A stretch of DNA of 64,000 nucleotides from Candidatus Moraniibacteriota bacterium (GTDB lineage: Bacteria; Patescibacteriota; Minisyncoccia; Moranbacterales; UBA1568): contig JAQTYF010000001.1 in the NCBI GenBank assembly GCA_028688415.1, positions 208,627-272,626 of the forward strand. Reading direction: 5' to 3'. The notes beneath the pieces were generated by a model that saw nothing but the letters and a program-made list of their open reading frames with translations, ran no database searches and was not told the origin of the DNA. This document shows, piece after piece, positions 28,003 to 37,942 of the stretch. Each line of letters opens with the position of its first letter. The first letter of the stretch is position 1. A program made the translations under genes and the position numbers.

Positions 28003-28479
28003 ATGGCTCACTTGAATTATTATGTCGACCTTTGTGCTGAGGCATATATCGTGAACGATGGTGCGGTACTTTTACGTTTGCATGAAAAGTATAACTTCTG
28101 GATAGCTCCAGGTGGTCATGTGGATCCAGGAGAAGATATCAACCAAGCAGTACTCCGAGAAGTGTGGGAAGAAGTAGGGTTGAAAGTAGAACTGATTGGA
28201 CCAAGTACGTGGACCAAACAGGACTTTGATACCAATAAAGATTTGGTACCTCCAGTCTTCGTCAACCGACATTCGATCAATGAACACCATGATCACTCTT
28301 CTTTTGTTTTTGTTGCAAAGTCGAATAGTCGTGAGATAAATCCCCAAGAAGAAGCGAGCAAAAATGTCGAGTGTGTTTGGGTGACTCAGGAAGAACTCGA
28401 TCAGATGCACAGAAATGACAATCGTCTTCGCAAGGACATATACCGTTACGCGTCTACGGCTCTCAAACTCATTCAATAA
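28003..28479 (+). CDS. NUDIX hydrolase
   Basis: PGGHVDPGEDINQAVLREVWEEVGL Nudix box. Confidence 0.92.
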   Translation: MAHLNYYVDLCAEAYIVNDGAVLLRLHEKYNFWIAPGGHVDPGEDINQAVLREVWEEVGLKVELIGPSTWTKQDFDTNKDLVPPVFVNRHSINEHHDHSSFVFVAKSNSREINPQEEASKNVECVWVTQEELDQMHRNDNRLRKDIYRYASTALKLIQ

Positions 28480-28497
28480 GTTCAGTCACGAAAATTT

Positions 28498-29124
28498 ATG
28501 AAACTCTATCTATCATCATATAAAATTGGAGATCAGCCAGAAAAACTTCTGGCATTATTTTCAGGCAATAAAAAAGTAGGCTACATACCAAATGCCTTAG
28601 ATTTTACTAACGCTAATCCAGTAAGAAGGGAGAATCACATCGAAAGTGATATACAAAGTCTAACTGATAACGGTCTCCAAGTAGAATTACTTGATTTGAA
28701 AAATTATTTCGAAAAAGAAAATGATTTAAGAGAAAAATTGCAAGGCTTAGGAGGAATCTTTATTAGCGGTGGAAATACTTTTATACTTCGCCAAGCAATG
28801 AGACTTTGCGGACTTGATACTGTATTGCAAGGATACAATAAAACTCGTGAAGATTTTGTCTACGCTGGTTACAGTGCTGCGGGGTGTGTTCTTTCTTCGT
28901 CTTTGAAGGGATACTCTATTGTAGATGATCCAACGGATTTTCCATATGCGAATCAAAAAGAAACTCTTTGGGAAGGACTTGGCATGATTGATTATACTTT
29001 CTTACCACACTTTGACTCCGACCACCCTGAATCTGCCGACATTAACAAAGAAGTAAAGTATTGTATTGAAAACAAAATTCCTTATAAGACTCTACGGGAT
29101 GGCGAGGTCTTGATTATTGAGTAG
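28498..29124 (+). CDS. Peptidase S51 (dipeptidase E) family
   Basis: SGGNTFIL, YAGYSAAG, LPHFDSDH. Confidence 0.88.
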   Translation: MKLYLSSYKIGDQPEKLLALFSGNKKVGYIPNALDFTNANPVRRENHIESDIQSLTDNGLQVELLDLKNYFEKENDLREKLQGLGGIFISGGNTFILRQAMRLCGLDTVLQGYNKTREDFVYAGYSAAGCVLSSSLKGYSIVDDPTDFPYANQKETLWEGLGMIDYTFLPHFDSDHPESADINKEVKYCIENKIPYKTLRDGEVLIIE

Positions 29125-29248
29125 AAAGGTCCTAGTTTCGTCCCGCAAGTCCAGTTAATAAAACTACATCAGTTTCACTTTCGTGATTTGAGAAATACAG
29201 ACAGAATAAAACAGTTGAATTAAAACTTAGAATACAAGGATCCTCGTT

Positions 29249-30088
29249 ATGCGAAAAATACAGAAAATATTCATTACGCAGCCTACTATAGAGGGTGCTG
29301 GAGTGTATTTGAAGCGAGGCTTCAGTAATCGTGAAGCAGAACTATTTGACCCGTTTTTGCTTTTTGATGATTTCTCAAATATTGATAGTAATTTATACAA
29401 AAATGGTTTTCCTTTGCATCCCCATCGAGGCATAGAAACGGTGACATATATTTTGAAGGGCGCTGTAGCTCATAGAGATAGCTTGGGAAGCGAAGGAACT
29501 ATTGGAGCTGGTGATGTGCAATGGATGACGGCAGGAAGTGGTATTATGCACGAAGAAATGCCGGTAGCACATACTGAAGGGATTCAGGGTTTCCAGTTAT
29601 GGGTGAATTTGCCACGAGCAAATAAAATGATGAATCCTCGATATCAAGAAATTAAAAGCAATGATATTCCAACGTTCAATGAGAACGGGACGGAGGTGAA
29701 AATTATTGCTGGGCAGTATCGAGATATACAAGGTCCTGTAAAAGATTTGATGGTGTCAACAACATACCTTGATGTGACGCTCTCACCACTCATGTCTTTT
29801 TCTTTGATGACTCATCCTGAAGATAATTTCTTTGTGTATGTGATACATGGAAGACTCATGGTGAGTGATGATCGAGGTGAGATTTGGGTAGAAGAGGGGA
29901 GTATCGGTCTTCTCTCATATGATACTCAATTTTCCTGCACTGCAGGTAAGGAGGGAGTACGATTCTTGCTTATTGGCGGTAAACCAATCAGGGAAGAGAT
30001 GATTGGACATGGTCCAATTGTGATGAATACTCGAGAAGAAATTGAAACAGCACTTACGGAGCTGAATTCAGGAACTTTTATAAAATAA
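29249..30088 (+). CDS. Pirin family protein
   Basis: DPFLLFD, GFPLHPHRGIETVTY, QWMTAGSGIMHEE, QLWVNLP, GPIVMN. Confidence 0.93.
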   Translation: MRKIQKIFITQPTIEGAGVYLKRGFSNREAELFDPFLLFDDFSNIDSNLYKNGFPLHPHRGIETVTYILKGAVAHRDSLGSEGTIGAGDVQWMTAGSGIMHEEMPVAHTEGIQGFQLWVNLPRANKMMNPRYQEIKSNDIPTFNENGTEVKIIAGQYRDIQGPVKDLMVSTTYLDVTLSPLMSFSLMTHPEDNFFVYVIHGRLMVSDDRGEIWVEEGSIGLLSYDTQFSCTAGKEGVRFLLIGGKPIREEMIGHGPIVMNTREEIETALTELNSGTFIK

Positions 30089-30206
30089 CCCTAGTAAATA
30101 AAACCATGCAAACTTCAACAGAAAATATCAAATTTTTTGTTTTGAAAAATAGAGGATGGAATTATTCGTGGTATAATCAAAAAGAAGAAATTTAATATAA
30201 AAAAAT

Positions 30207-31175
30207 ATGAACAAGGTACTAAAAATCAGTGGGTTGGTTTTGCTTGGACTTTTTGTGGTGAGCGCGATAGTTGCAATTTTCACTTCGACGTATAGAGGAT
30301 CGATGATGAGAGCATCTCAGACGTCGACTGGAATGTCTTTCGCTAATTCTCTCTCTGTATCATCGCCAAAATCATTTGGTGGATTGCGAAACGAGATGAT
30401 GGAAGTCGCTCCTATGACGTCTCGGATGAACGGAAATACTATCGACAGTGTTACAGTTTCAGACGAAGCTCTGTCAGTGGACAAGAAAATAATCAAAAAT
30501 GGCAACCTTAGTTTGAAAGTCGATGATACCGATGTATCGAGTACGAAAATCAGTGCTATTGCAAGAAATAATAGTGGAGAAGTGTTCGCCTCCAATTTCT
30601 ATCAGAGTGGAAACAACGTGAAGAGTGGTACGATCACTGTGAAAGTCCCAGTAGCGTTTTTCGAAAAGACGTTTGGAGAGATCAAAGAGGTTGCTTCTCT
30701 CGTCATATCAGAATCGACGACAGGACAGGATGTGACCGAACAATATACTGATCTCAAAGCGCAACTGAGCAATGCACAAGCAGAAGAACAATCATTTATC
30801 AAGATCCTCGATCAAGCCGTCAAAATAGATGATGTCCTCGCAGTCACGAGAGAACTCGCTCGCGTCAGAGGCACGATAGAGAGACTAGAGGGGAGCATGA
30901 AGTATCTCGAATCGCAAACGGATATGTCGACAATCGCGATCAGCTTGACGGAGAATCAAAACATCACCGTTTCAGACTCTTGGCGACCGTTTCAAGTGAT
31001 GAAAGATGCTGTGAATTCTCTCATCGAGAATCTTCAAGGCTTTGTAGATTTTGTGATTCGTTTCATCGTTACAGTCCTTCCATTTCTTATCATCTGGGGC
31101 GTCATCATCTGGGGTGTATACAAGATAGGAAGAAAAATATATCAGAAAATAATGGCAAAGAACGAGAACGTATAA
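30207..31175 (+). CDS. DUF4349 domain protein
   Basis: KIIKNGNLSL, TVKVP, GQDVTEQYTD, ELARVRGTIE, MSTI, C-terminal TM helix. Confidence 0.85.
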   Translation: MNKVLKISGLVLLGLFVVSAIVAIFTSTYRGSMMRASQTSTGMSFANSLSVSSPKSFGGLRNEMMEVAPMTSRMNGNTIDSVTVSDEALSVDKKIIKNGNLSLKVDDTDVSSTKISAIARNNSGEVFASNFYQSGNNVKSGTITVKVPVAFFEKTFGEIKEVASLVISESTTGQDVTEQYTDLKAQLSNAQAEEQSFIKILDQAVKIDDVLAVTRELARVRGTIERLEGSMKYLESQTDMSTIAISLTENQNITVSDSWRPFQVMKDAVNSLIENLQGFVDFVIRFIVTVLPFLIIWGVIIWGVYKIGRKIYQKIMAKNENV

Positions 31176-31196
31176 GAAAATTAATGTATAAACTCT

Positions 31197-31547
31197 ATGA
31201 ACTTCGATATCCCGACGCCACCAGCTGAAAAAGGACGACAGATTCTCACTGCCGAAGAAGTAAAAGCAAAGATTGAAAAATTGAGTGGGAAAGAAAACCA
31301 AGAAGTGATCAGAATGTTGGAAGACGAAAAGGGCGTCTATCTGTATGAAGTCGTCGCCGTAGATGACAAGGGAGATGCCTCACTGTTTTCTTATAGGCGA
31401 TCAGGAAACTTTCAGGAAACAAAAAGAGCCTCCACTGGAGTTGATGTTGCATATTTCATCGGTCCTATCGAAGATGATATGTGTGTCGGCGGTGATACTC
31501 TGTCCAATTATGACGAGACCTCTGGCACGTGGATTGATACGAAATAA
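31197..31547 (+). CDS. Hypothetical acidic protein (116 aa)
   Basis: ATG ORF in line with neighbours; hairpin AATACATCTG..CAGATGTATT downstream. Confidence 0.7.
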   Translation: MNFDIPTPPAEKGRQILTAEEVKAKIEKLSGKENQEVIRMLEDEKGVYLYEVVAVDDKGDASLFSYRRSGNFQETKRASTGVDVAYFIGPIEDDMCVGGDTLSNYDETSGTWIDTK

Positions 31548-31641
31548 ATTCTCGTTTTTCTTAATCCTCAGTTTCAAGAATACATCTGACTTGCAGATGT
31601 ATTTTTATTTTTACGAGAAAAAAACAGAATAAAGCGTTGTC

Positions 31642-31670
31642 TTGACATATACCCTGTGGGGGTATATTAT
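31642..31670 (+). promoter_or_regulatory. sigma70 promoter with an embedded CsoR/RcnR-type operator
   Basis: TTGACA-N17-TATTAT overlapping ATATACCC-TGTGG-GGGTATAT. Confidence 0.75.
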
Positions 31671-31722
31671 AAGGGTGTACTCTCGAAAGAGGGGACACTA
31701 ATAAATATATTGTAGTACACTT

Positions 31723-32265
31723 ATGTCACACACACTTGTAGACAAAAAAGTCCCGTCAGTCGTTTTCAAGACCAGGGTTCGTGATGAATCTCTCGGAGGA
31801 GAGAATCCGTTCCGTTGGCAAGACCTCACGTCTGAGGAAATATTCTCAGGAAAAAAAGTAGTGATTTTCGCTCTTCCTGGAGCATTCACTCCTACGTGCT
31901 CGACGACACACGCCCCAGGCTACGAAGCCAAATATGCAGAGTTTCAGAAGCTCGGCATCGATCAGGTGATCTGCCTCTCGGTAAACGATGCTTTCGTGAT
32001 GAAGCAGTGGGCAGACAAGCTCGGTATCAAGCAGGTGTTTATGCTTCCTGATGGCAATGCAGAATTCACCAGAAAGATGGGGATGCTCGTCCGAAAAGAA
32101 AATCTCGGATTTGGAGAACGCTCTTGGCGTTACAGTATGTATGTCGAGGATGGTACGATACAGCAGATGTTCATCGAAGAAGGATTCTCTGATGATTACT
32201 CCGAAGACCCATTCGAAGTATCTGATGCAGATCATATGCTCGCGTATCTCCAAGCCAAGAAGTAA
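31723..32265 (+). CDS. Peroxiredoxin (Prx5-like redoxin)
   Basis: LPGAFTPTCS, SVNDAFVM, PDGNAEF, RSWRYSM. Confidence 0.93.
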   Translation: MSHTLVDKKVPSVVFKTRVRDESLGGENPFRWQDLTSEEIFSGKKVVIFALPGAFTPTCSTTHAPGYEAKYAEFQKLGIDQVICLSVNDAFVMKQWADKLGIKQVFMLPDGNAEFTRKMGMLVRKENLGFGERSWRYSMYVEDGTIQQMFIEEGFSDDYSEDPFEVSDADHMLAYLQAKK

Positions 32266-32359
32266 GGTAAAGAAACAAAGCAGAAAAGAAAGGCACTCAT
32301 ATTCGTGGGTGTCTTTTTTGTGGTGTATAATGAAAGTATTATTATGAAAAAAATGTTTT

Positions 32360-32740
32360 ATGCACTATACACTCGAACTCAATGACCGACCGTTCCAAGC
32401 TATCAAATCTGGAACAAAAAAAATCGAAGGAAGAACTCCGAAAGATGTCGATGACAAACGATATGAGACGATGAAGAGGGGAGACACCATTGCTTTCACG
32501 AACAATGTCACTCTGGAAAAGATGCAGTGTGAAGTATTGTCTGTGACTCATTATAGAGATGTGCGAACGATGCTTGAAACAGAGGGGACGGCGAATGTGC
32601 TCTCGAGCGGACTCGACATCGAAGGAGGAATAAGAAGTTATAATAGTTTGGAGGGATATGAAGATCGCATACAACAGTATGGTATCTATGCGATTGGTAT
32701 CAGATTGCTTACTGGACAGGATAACAAAAATGTGCTATAA
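32360..32740 (+). CDS. ASCH domain protein
   Basis: FQAIKSGTKKIEGR (GxKxxExR), GDTIAF. Confidence 0.85.
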   Translation: MHYTLELNDRPFQAIKSGTKKIEGRTPKDVDDKRYETMKRGDTIAFTNNVTLEKMQCEVLSVTHYRDVRTMLETEGTANVLSSGLDIEGGIRSYNSLEGYEDRIQQYGIYAIGIRLLTGQDNKNVL

Positions 32741-32922
32741 TACTGTCTTAGTACATTTTTCTAAAAGGTCACACAACGAACAATCAAGGATGGTACAGGA
32801 AACACTGCACCATCCTTTTTTATTTTTCCAGTCATACTCTACCGAGCAGTCTTTTCTATTTTACAAAGATTTATTTTTGTGTTATTCTTTATGTAAATAT
32901 TGTAAACATTAAAAAAAGACTT

Positions 32923-33900
32923 ATGAAAAAACAAGAAATGAAAAAACAGGCAGTCATTTATCAGGCGAAATCAGGAGCAGTTGAGCTTCAGGGTGATTTT
33001 CAGCATGAAACAATTTGGGCGACACAGGCTCAAATTGCAGATATTTTTGGAACACAAAGACCAGCTATTACGAAACATCTGCGTAATATTTTTGTGGACG
33101 GTGAGCTAAAAGAAAAATCAGTTAGTTCCATTTTGGAACATACTGCCGCAGATGGAAAAAACTATAAAACTCAATTTTATAACCTCGATGCGGTTATCTC
33201 GATTGGATATCGGGTGAATAGTAAACAAGCAACGCTTTTTCGCATTTGGGCGACGCAGACTTTGCGGACGCATATTGTCGATGGATACACTATTAATCGT
33301 TCGCGGATAGGCAAGAATTATGATGCTTTTATGCAAGCCGTGACCGATGTGAAGTCACTTCTACCGAAAGGAATGAAGAGTGATACCGGAAGTATCCTCG
33401 AGCTCGTGCGCTTGTTCGCAGACACGTGGATGTCTCTCGATGCGTACGACAGAGAAGCATTTGATATCAAGAAACCCACCAAGAAGAAAGTGGCACTCAC
33501 GGGAGCCAGACTCACTGCAAGCGTCGCTGTTCTCAAAACCGAGCTCATGACCAAGGGCGAGGCGACAGAACTCTTTGCATCCGAGCGTACACACGATGCT
33601 CTCGAAGGGATAGTGGGCAACGTGATGCAGGCATTTGGTGGTACTGATGTTTATCCAAGTATCGAGTCCAAGGCAGCTCATCTCCTCTATTTCATCGTGA
33701 AAAATCATCCATTTGTCGATGGGAACAAGAGAACGGGTGCATACTCATTTGTTTGGTTTCTGAACTGGGCCAAAGTACTCGATACCACACGTCTCACTCC
33801 TGAAGCTCTGACGGCTATCACGCTCCTTATCGCAGAGAGCGATCCGAAAGACAAGGACAAACTCGTAAAACTCGTAATCATGCTCATCAGCAAGAAATAG
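32923..33900 (+). CDS. RhuM-like + Fic/Doc domain protein
   Basis: ETIWATQAQIA..YNLDAVISIGYRVNS; HPFVDGNKRTG. Confidence 0.9.
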   Translation: MKKQEMKKQAVIYQAKSGAVELQGDFQHETIWATQAQIADIFGTQRPAITKHLRNIFVDGELKEKSVSSILEHTAADGKNYKTQFYNLDAVISIGYRVNSKQATLFRIWATQTLRTHIVDGYTINRSRIGKNYDAFMQAVTDVKSLLPKGMKSDTGSILELVRLFADTWMSLDAYDREAFDIKKPTKKKVALTGARLTASVAVLKTELMTKGEATELFASERTHDALEGIVGNVMQAFGGTDVYPSIESKAAHLLYFIVKNHPFVDGNKRTGAYSFVWFLNWAKVLDTTRLTPEALTAITLLIAESDPKDKDKLVKLVIMLISKK

Positions 33901-34026
33901 GGAGATTGTTCTCGGTATCATGATTATTCGATGATTGACAGAAATATTTATTCTCTCCGTCTTTTTTGGTATACTGTTTTCAAAAGAGTATAGAGGGAAT
34001 ATAACAGGATACAAAAAGAAAAGAGT

Positions 34027-34290
34027 ATGATTGATTCTATAGAACTGGGTAGTTTTTTTGCAAATATATTTATTGGTTTTTTATTATTTCTGGTTTCAAT
34101 AGAATTTATTATTTTGAGGAAATATAACAAATATATTGTTTGGATTTGGCTTTCTTGTTCGTTAAACATTATCTCTATTCTCTACTTTTTAGGTGACACA
34201 TCGTATGTTATCCCTGTAGTGAATGTTTTCATTTGGCCAGTCATAAATATTATTCTCATTATCTGGTATGTTAAGAATAAAAAACACTAA
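34027..34290 (+). CDS. Small 3-TM membrane protein
   Basis: Hydrophobic 87 aa ORF overlapping the start of the next gene. Confidence 0.6.
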   Translation: MIDSIELGSFFANIFIGFLLFLVSIEFIILRKYNKYIVWIWLSCSLNIISILYFLGDTSYVIPVVNVFIWPVINIILIIWYVKNKKH

Positions 34291-37200
34291 GCGATATTTT
34301 CTCGTTTTTTTTCTTGCATCTTCACTTGTTTTTTCGCCTCTCCATTTTCAATTTTTCATCAGTACTCCCTCTGTAGGTGCTGTCGATATTATTATCGATT
34401 CAAATACAGAGTGGTCTGGACTTCAAACGATATCAGGATACGCTATAGTAGAGAATAGAGCGACACTCACGATCAAGCCTGGCACTATCATAGAGTTTGA
34501 AGGACAATCAAGCTTCGATATACAAGGCATCCTCAGAGTAGAGGGCACGACGAGCGAACCTGTTATCTTCCGAAAAAAGAACGCCTCAAATGTCGATGAT
34601 CATTATGCTATTGTTGTTTCTGGCAGTGTATATGCGCGGAATATAGATGTGTCTGGAGGAGGGAGTATTTTTGAATCCTTTATGGTTCAGAAGAACAAAA
34701 ATGATTCCCTTTTTCAGTATGCCAATGCCGCATGGTTCTATAGCGGAGCATTTACAGCGTATGACACGGGAAAACTCGATATTGAAGGAGCGAACTTTCA
34801 TGATAATGCACTTGCAATATACACTGTTCAGAGTTCATCTTTTGGTACGAAAATCTGGCGATCGAAATTTTCACAAAATGAGATTGATATTGTTGATCAA
34901 AATCAGTTCGGATTCCTGGATGTAAGACATAATTGGTGGGACAATGTGAATGGTCCTATTGCTTGTACTGTAAATTGCGGTGAGTATTATCCACGACCGT
35001 ATCAGAAAATTATTGGAACGATCAATTTTTTGCCTTGGCTCGATAACCCTGCATCTGCACAAGCGTCAGATGGAGTATGTACAGAGAACTGTTTCTCCAA
35101 TGTTCTGTTTTTGCCAGGACTTGAAGCGAGCAGGCTCTATGTGCAAGATGATCCAGGCTGTCTCCTCCTCAACTGTGAGAACCAACTCTGGGAACCAAAT
35201 AGGAATGCAGATGCGGAAAAATTGTTTCTTGATGAGGATGGAAAAAGTATCAATCCTGATGTGTATACGAAAGATGTGCTAGATGAAGTGAACGTGTCGC
35301 AAGCAGGACAAAAAAATATCTATAAATCATTCCTTGCTGATTTGGATAAATGGAAGAACGACGAGAAGATTATTGTCGATTATTCCGCTATCCCTTATGA
35401 TTGGCGTTTGTCACTCGAAGATATCCTTGCTGGCGGTGCAGTATTAGATAGAGAGAAAATTTTCTATACCGAGAAATCCATTGCACCATATATTGTGCGT
35501 GAATTACGACGTCTCGCAAGCACTTCAAAAACAGGCAAAGTGACGATCATCGCTCATTCCAATGGAGGGCTCGTTGCCAAGGCGCTCACACAGACACTCG
35601 GAGTAGAAGCTGAAAAATTAATCGATAACATCGTGCTCGTAGCAGTGCCACAAGTCGGTACACCTCAATCTATTGGAGCTATTCTCCATGGGTATGATCA
35701 GGGACTGCCTACAGACTGGCTTCCATGGGTTCTTTCACCAAAAACTGCTCGTACATTGGCGCAGAATATGCCGAGTGCATACAATCTCCTTCCATCGAAA
35801 GCATATTTCAGTGGAAATGGAAGTACGACGAGTACGCCTGTTATCTCCTTTCGAGATGGACTCCTTACGAATCCATTTATCAGCAAATATGGCAATGAGA
35901 TTTCTACAGAAGAATCCTTGCGAAGTTTTCTTCTCGATTCTGAAGGCAAGGTTTCTGCTGATTCAGGTGATGTCATCCGTCCGAGCAGAGTCAATACGAA
36001 ACTTTTCAATCTTGCCGAAGACGTTCACAACACACTCGATGATTTCACTGTCCCTGCATCCATTTCTGTTTATCAGATTGCTGGTTTTGGTGAAGAAACA
36101 CTTGGAACAATCAAATATTGGACAGGGGAAATCTGTACGAAGAGTTTCCGTGGTTGGTGTCTCGAATCAGGACCGAAACTTGAGTATTCTCCAGAGATGG
36201 TGATCGATGGTGATGGTACAGTAGTGACGCCGAGTGCTTTATCGATGGATACAAAACGGTATTGGGTGGATCTGTTTAATTTTAACGATGTGAACTTCAA
36301 TAGAAAACACGCAGACATTCTCGAAGTTCCTACATTGAGAGATTTCATCAAGAATAAGGTCGTGATGAAATTGTCAAACGATCTCCCTGAATACATCTCT
36401 CCTTCCGTACCATCTATTTCTTCAGAGAAACGATTGCAATATATTTTGCATTCACCACTCACACTTTCAGTTCGTGATACTGTTGGTAATGAAATCAGTG
36501 CCTCAGTTTCGATTATTTCAGGAGCAACGTACAAGCGTTTCGGTGAAGTGCAGTATATTTCTCTCCCAGCTTCGACAGTACATACAGTGATACTCGATGG
36601 ACTAGCAGAGGGATCTTTTACACTGGAAATGCGAGAAATGGAGAATGGTACAGCGATTGCAGAGACGATTTTCTCTGGTATTCCGAATTCAGCTGAGACG
36701 ACAGCGACTCTCGAGGTGACAGATGGCACCATCGGAGGTGCTTCACCGCTGATCATTGATACCGACGGTGATGGTGTTTCTGATTTCTTTCTTCAGCCGA
36801 AAGTAGGGGAAAAGGTGATGCTTCCTCCACTCGATCAGACTCCGCCAGAAGTGAAACTTTTCTTCGATACCAAGACGAATAAAATGGGAGTAGATATCAT
36901 CGATGAAAGCAGAACCACAACGACGTATACTACAATGCTTAGAGAATCAGAAAAGGATCGAAATCATGAAGAGCGAGAAGAAAAGAAAGAAAAACAACAA
37001 AAACAGATACTGACCGTTATTGATCGTGCGGGAAATAGTACGATACTTACTTACACCGAGAAATACACGGAGAAAGATCAGAAACTCACTTTCGAACTCG
37101 ATTCGATATGTTACAATGGTGTTACGACTTCTTTTGAGAATACAAAGGCAGAATATCACTTCAGTCAGACGAAGAAGAGTGTCGGACGATACACTTCGTT

Positions 37201-37417
37201 TGTGACAGACATCCGCACTGCATCTCGCACACTGAAATCACATTATATACCCAAACAAGATACCACTATCATCATTGATAAGTTACGAGAATCGGATGAA
37301 GATGAAAATGATGAAGATGATAATGAGGAAGAAGATATGAAGCAGAAGCAGAAACGCTCAGGACTGATCATTCCTATGCTTATGACTCATCAGGGAAATA
37401 TTGAGATAGGGTATTAA
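34268..37417 (+). CDS. Large secreted protein: beta-helix N-terminus + LCAT/PGAP1-like alpha/beta hydrolase
   Basis: Signal peptide; LFLPGLEAS, PYDWR, IAHSNGG nucleophile elbow, PQVGTP, DGDGTV, late His; acidic tail. Confidence 0.8.
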   Translation: MLRIKNTKRYFLVFFLASSLVFSPLHFQFFISTPSVGAVDIIIDSNTEWSGLQTISGYAIVENRATLTIKPGTIIEFEGQSSFDIQGILRVEGTTSEPVIFRKKNASNVDDHYAIVVSGSVYARNIDVSGGGSIFESFMVQKNKNDSLFQYANAAWFYSGAFTAYDTGKLDIEGANFHDNALAIYTVQSSSFGTKIWRSKFSQNEIDIVDQNQFGFLDVRHNWWDNVNGPIACTVNCGEYYPRPYQKIIGTINFLPWLDNPASAQASDGVCTENCFSNVLFLPGLEASRLYVQDDPGCLLLNCENQLWEPNRNADAEKLFLDEDGKSINPDVYTKDVLDEVNVSQAGQKNIYKSFLADLDKWKNDEKIIVDYSAIPYDWRLSLEDILAGGAVLDREKIFYTEKSIAPYIVRELRRLASTSKTGKVTIIAHSNGGLVAKALTQTLGVEAEKLIDNIVLVAVPQVGTPQSIGAILHGYDQGLPTDWLPWVLSPKTARTLAQNMPSAYNLLPSKAYFSGNGSTTSTPVISFRDGLLTNPFISKYGNEISTEESLRSFLLDSEGKVSADSGDVIRPSRVNTKLFNLAEDVHNTLDDFTVPASISVYQIAGFGEETLGTIKYWTGEICTKSFRGWCLESGPKLEYSPEMVIDGDGTVVTPSALSMDTKRYWVDLFNFNDVNFNRKHADILEVPTLRDFIKNKVVMKLSNDLPEYISPSVPSISSEKRLQYILHSPLTLSVRDTVGNEISASVSIISGATYKRFGEVQYISLPASTVHTVILDGLAEGSFTLEMREMENGTAIAETIFSGIPNSAETTATLEVTDGTIGGASPLIIDTDGDGVSDFFLQPKVGEKVMLPPLDQTPPEVKLFFDTKTNKMGVDIIDESRTTTTYTTMLRESEKDRNHEEREEKKEKQQKQILTVIDRAGNSTILTYTEKYTEKDQKLTFELDSICYNGVTTSFENTKAEYHFSQTKKSVGRYTSFVTDIRTASRTLKSHYIPKQDTTIIIDKLRESDEDENDEDDNEEEDMKQKQKRSGLIIPMLMTHQGNIEIGY

Positions 37418-37438
37418 TTTATTAGAATAACAAGAGAT

Positions 37439-37843
37439 ATGAATAAAAGAAATGTTTTGTGGGCTGGACTTATTAGTACAGGATTTTTTTTCTTAGCAAT
37501 GTATCCAGCAATATTTGGTATCTGTGAAATGAACAATTATGATTGTAGAAAAACTTCAGATTTAATACAAATAATATTTGGTATATTTCCTGTTGTATTT
37601 TTCCTCTCCCTCATCACCTACAAAATGCGAGACGAAGTATTTGAAGCCTGGTGGAAACCTGCTCGCTTTTTCATACCGATCATCATGCTGGTAACCCTCC
37701 TCGTCAATTCCAAAACCAGAAGTGGTGGAATGGGCATCAGTGGTGCTATAGCAGGAGGTTTTGATATTTTTCTCATCGGCATCTTCTATTTCATCTTCAT
37801 TGTCATCTCTCTTGTGAGAATTGTTTCAGTCTATCGCAAGTAA
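37439..37843 (+). CDS. 4-TM membrane protein
   Basis: Hydrophobic 134 aa ORF 21 nt after the lipase-like gene. Confidence 0.7.
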   Translation: MNKRNVLWAGLISTGFFFLAMYPAIFGICEMNNYDCRKTSDLIQIIFGIFPVVFFLSLITYKMRDEVFEAWWKPARFFIPIIMLVTLLVNSKTRSGGMGISGAIAGGFDIFLIGIFYFIFIVISLVRIVSVYRK

Positions 37844-37942
37844 TGATTTGGAAGCAAGGCTTCCAAATGAATACAAATTGACTCATTAGAAACAGGAAGA
37901 AAGAAGTGCTATACTGTAGAGGTAAATCGTAACAACAAAACT

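Larger units (their letters stand above)
27123..29156 (+). repeat. Degenerate ~30 bp intergenic repeat, copies at 27123-27157, 27623-27651, 27966-27983 and 29125-29156
   Basis: Approximate consensus AAAGGTYCCACTTTCGTCCCACAGGTTCAR, aligned by eye. Confidence 0.65.

Noticed and set aside
27123-29156. CRISPR array or classical integron attC sites
   Set aside because: The repeats are degenerate, separated by whole genes, and lack RYYYAAC..GTTRRRY hairpins; no cas or intI gene in the window.
31577-31610. Terminator sharing AATACATC..GATGTATT with the one at 26382 as a possible second island boundary
   Set aside because: Only the stem base matches and there is no convincing tRNA-derived core next to it.
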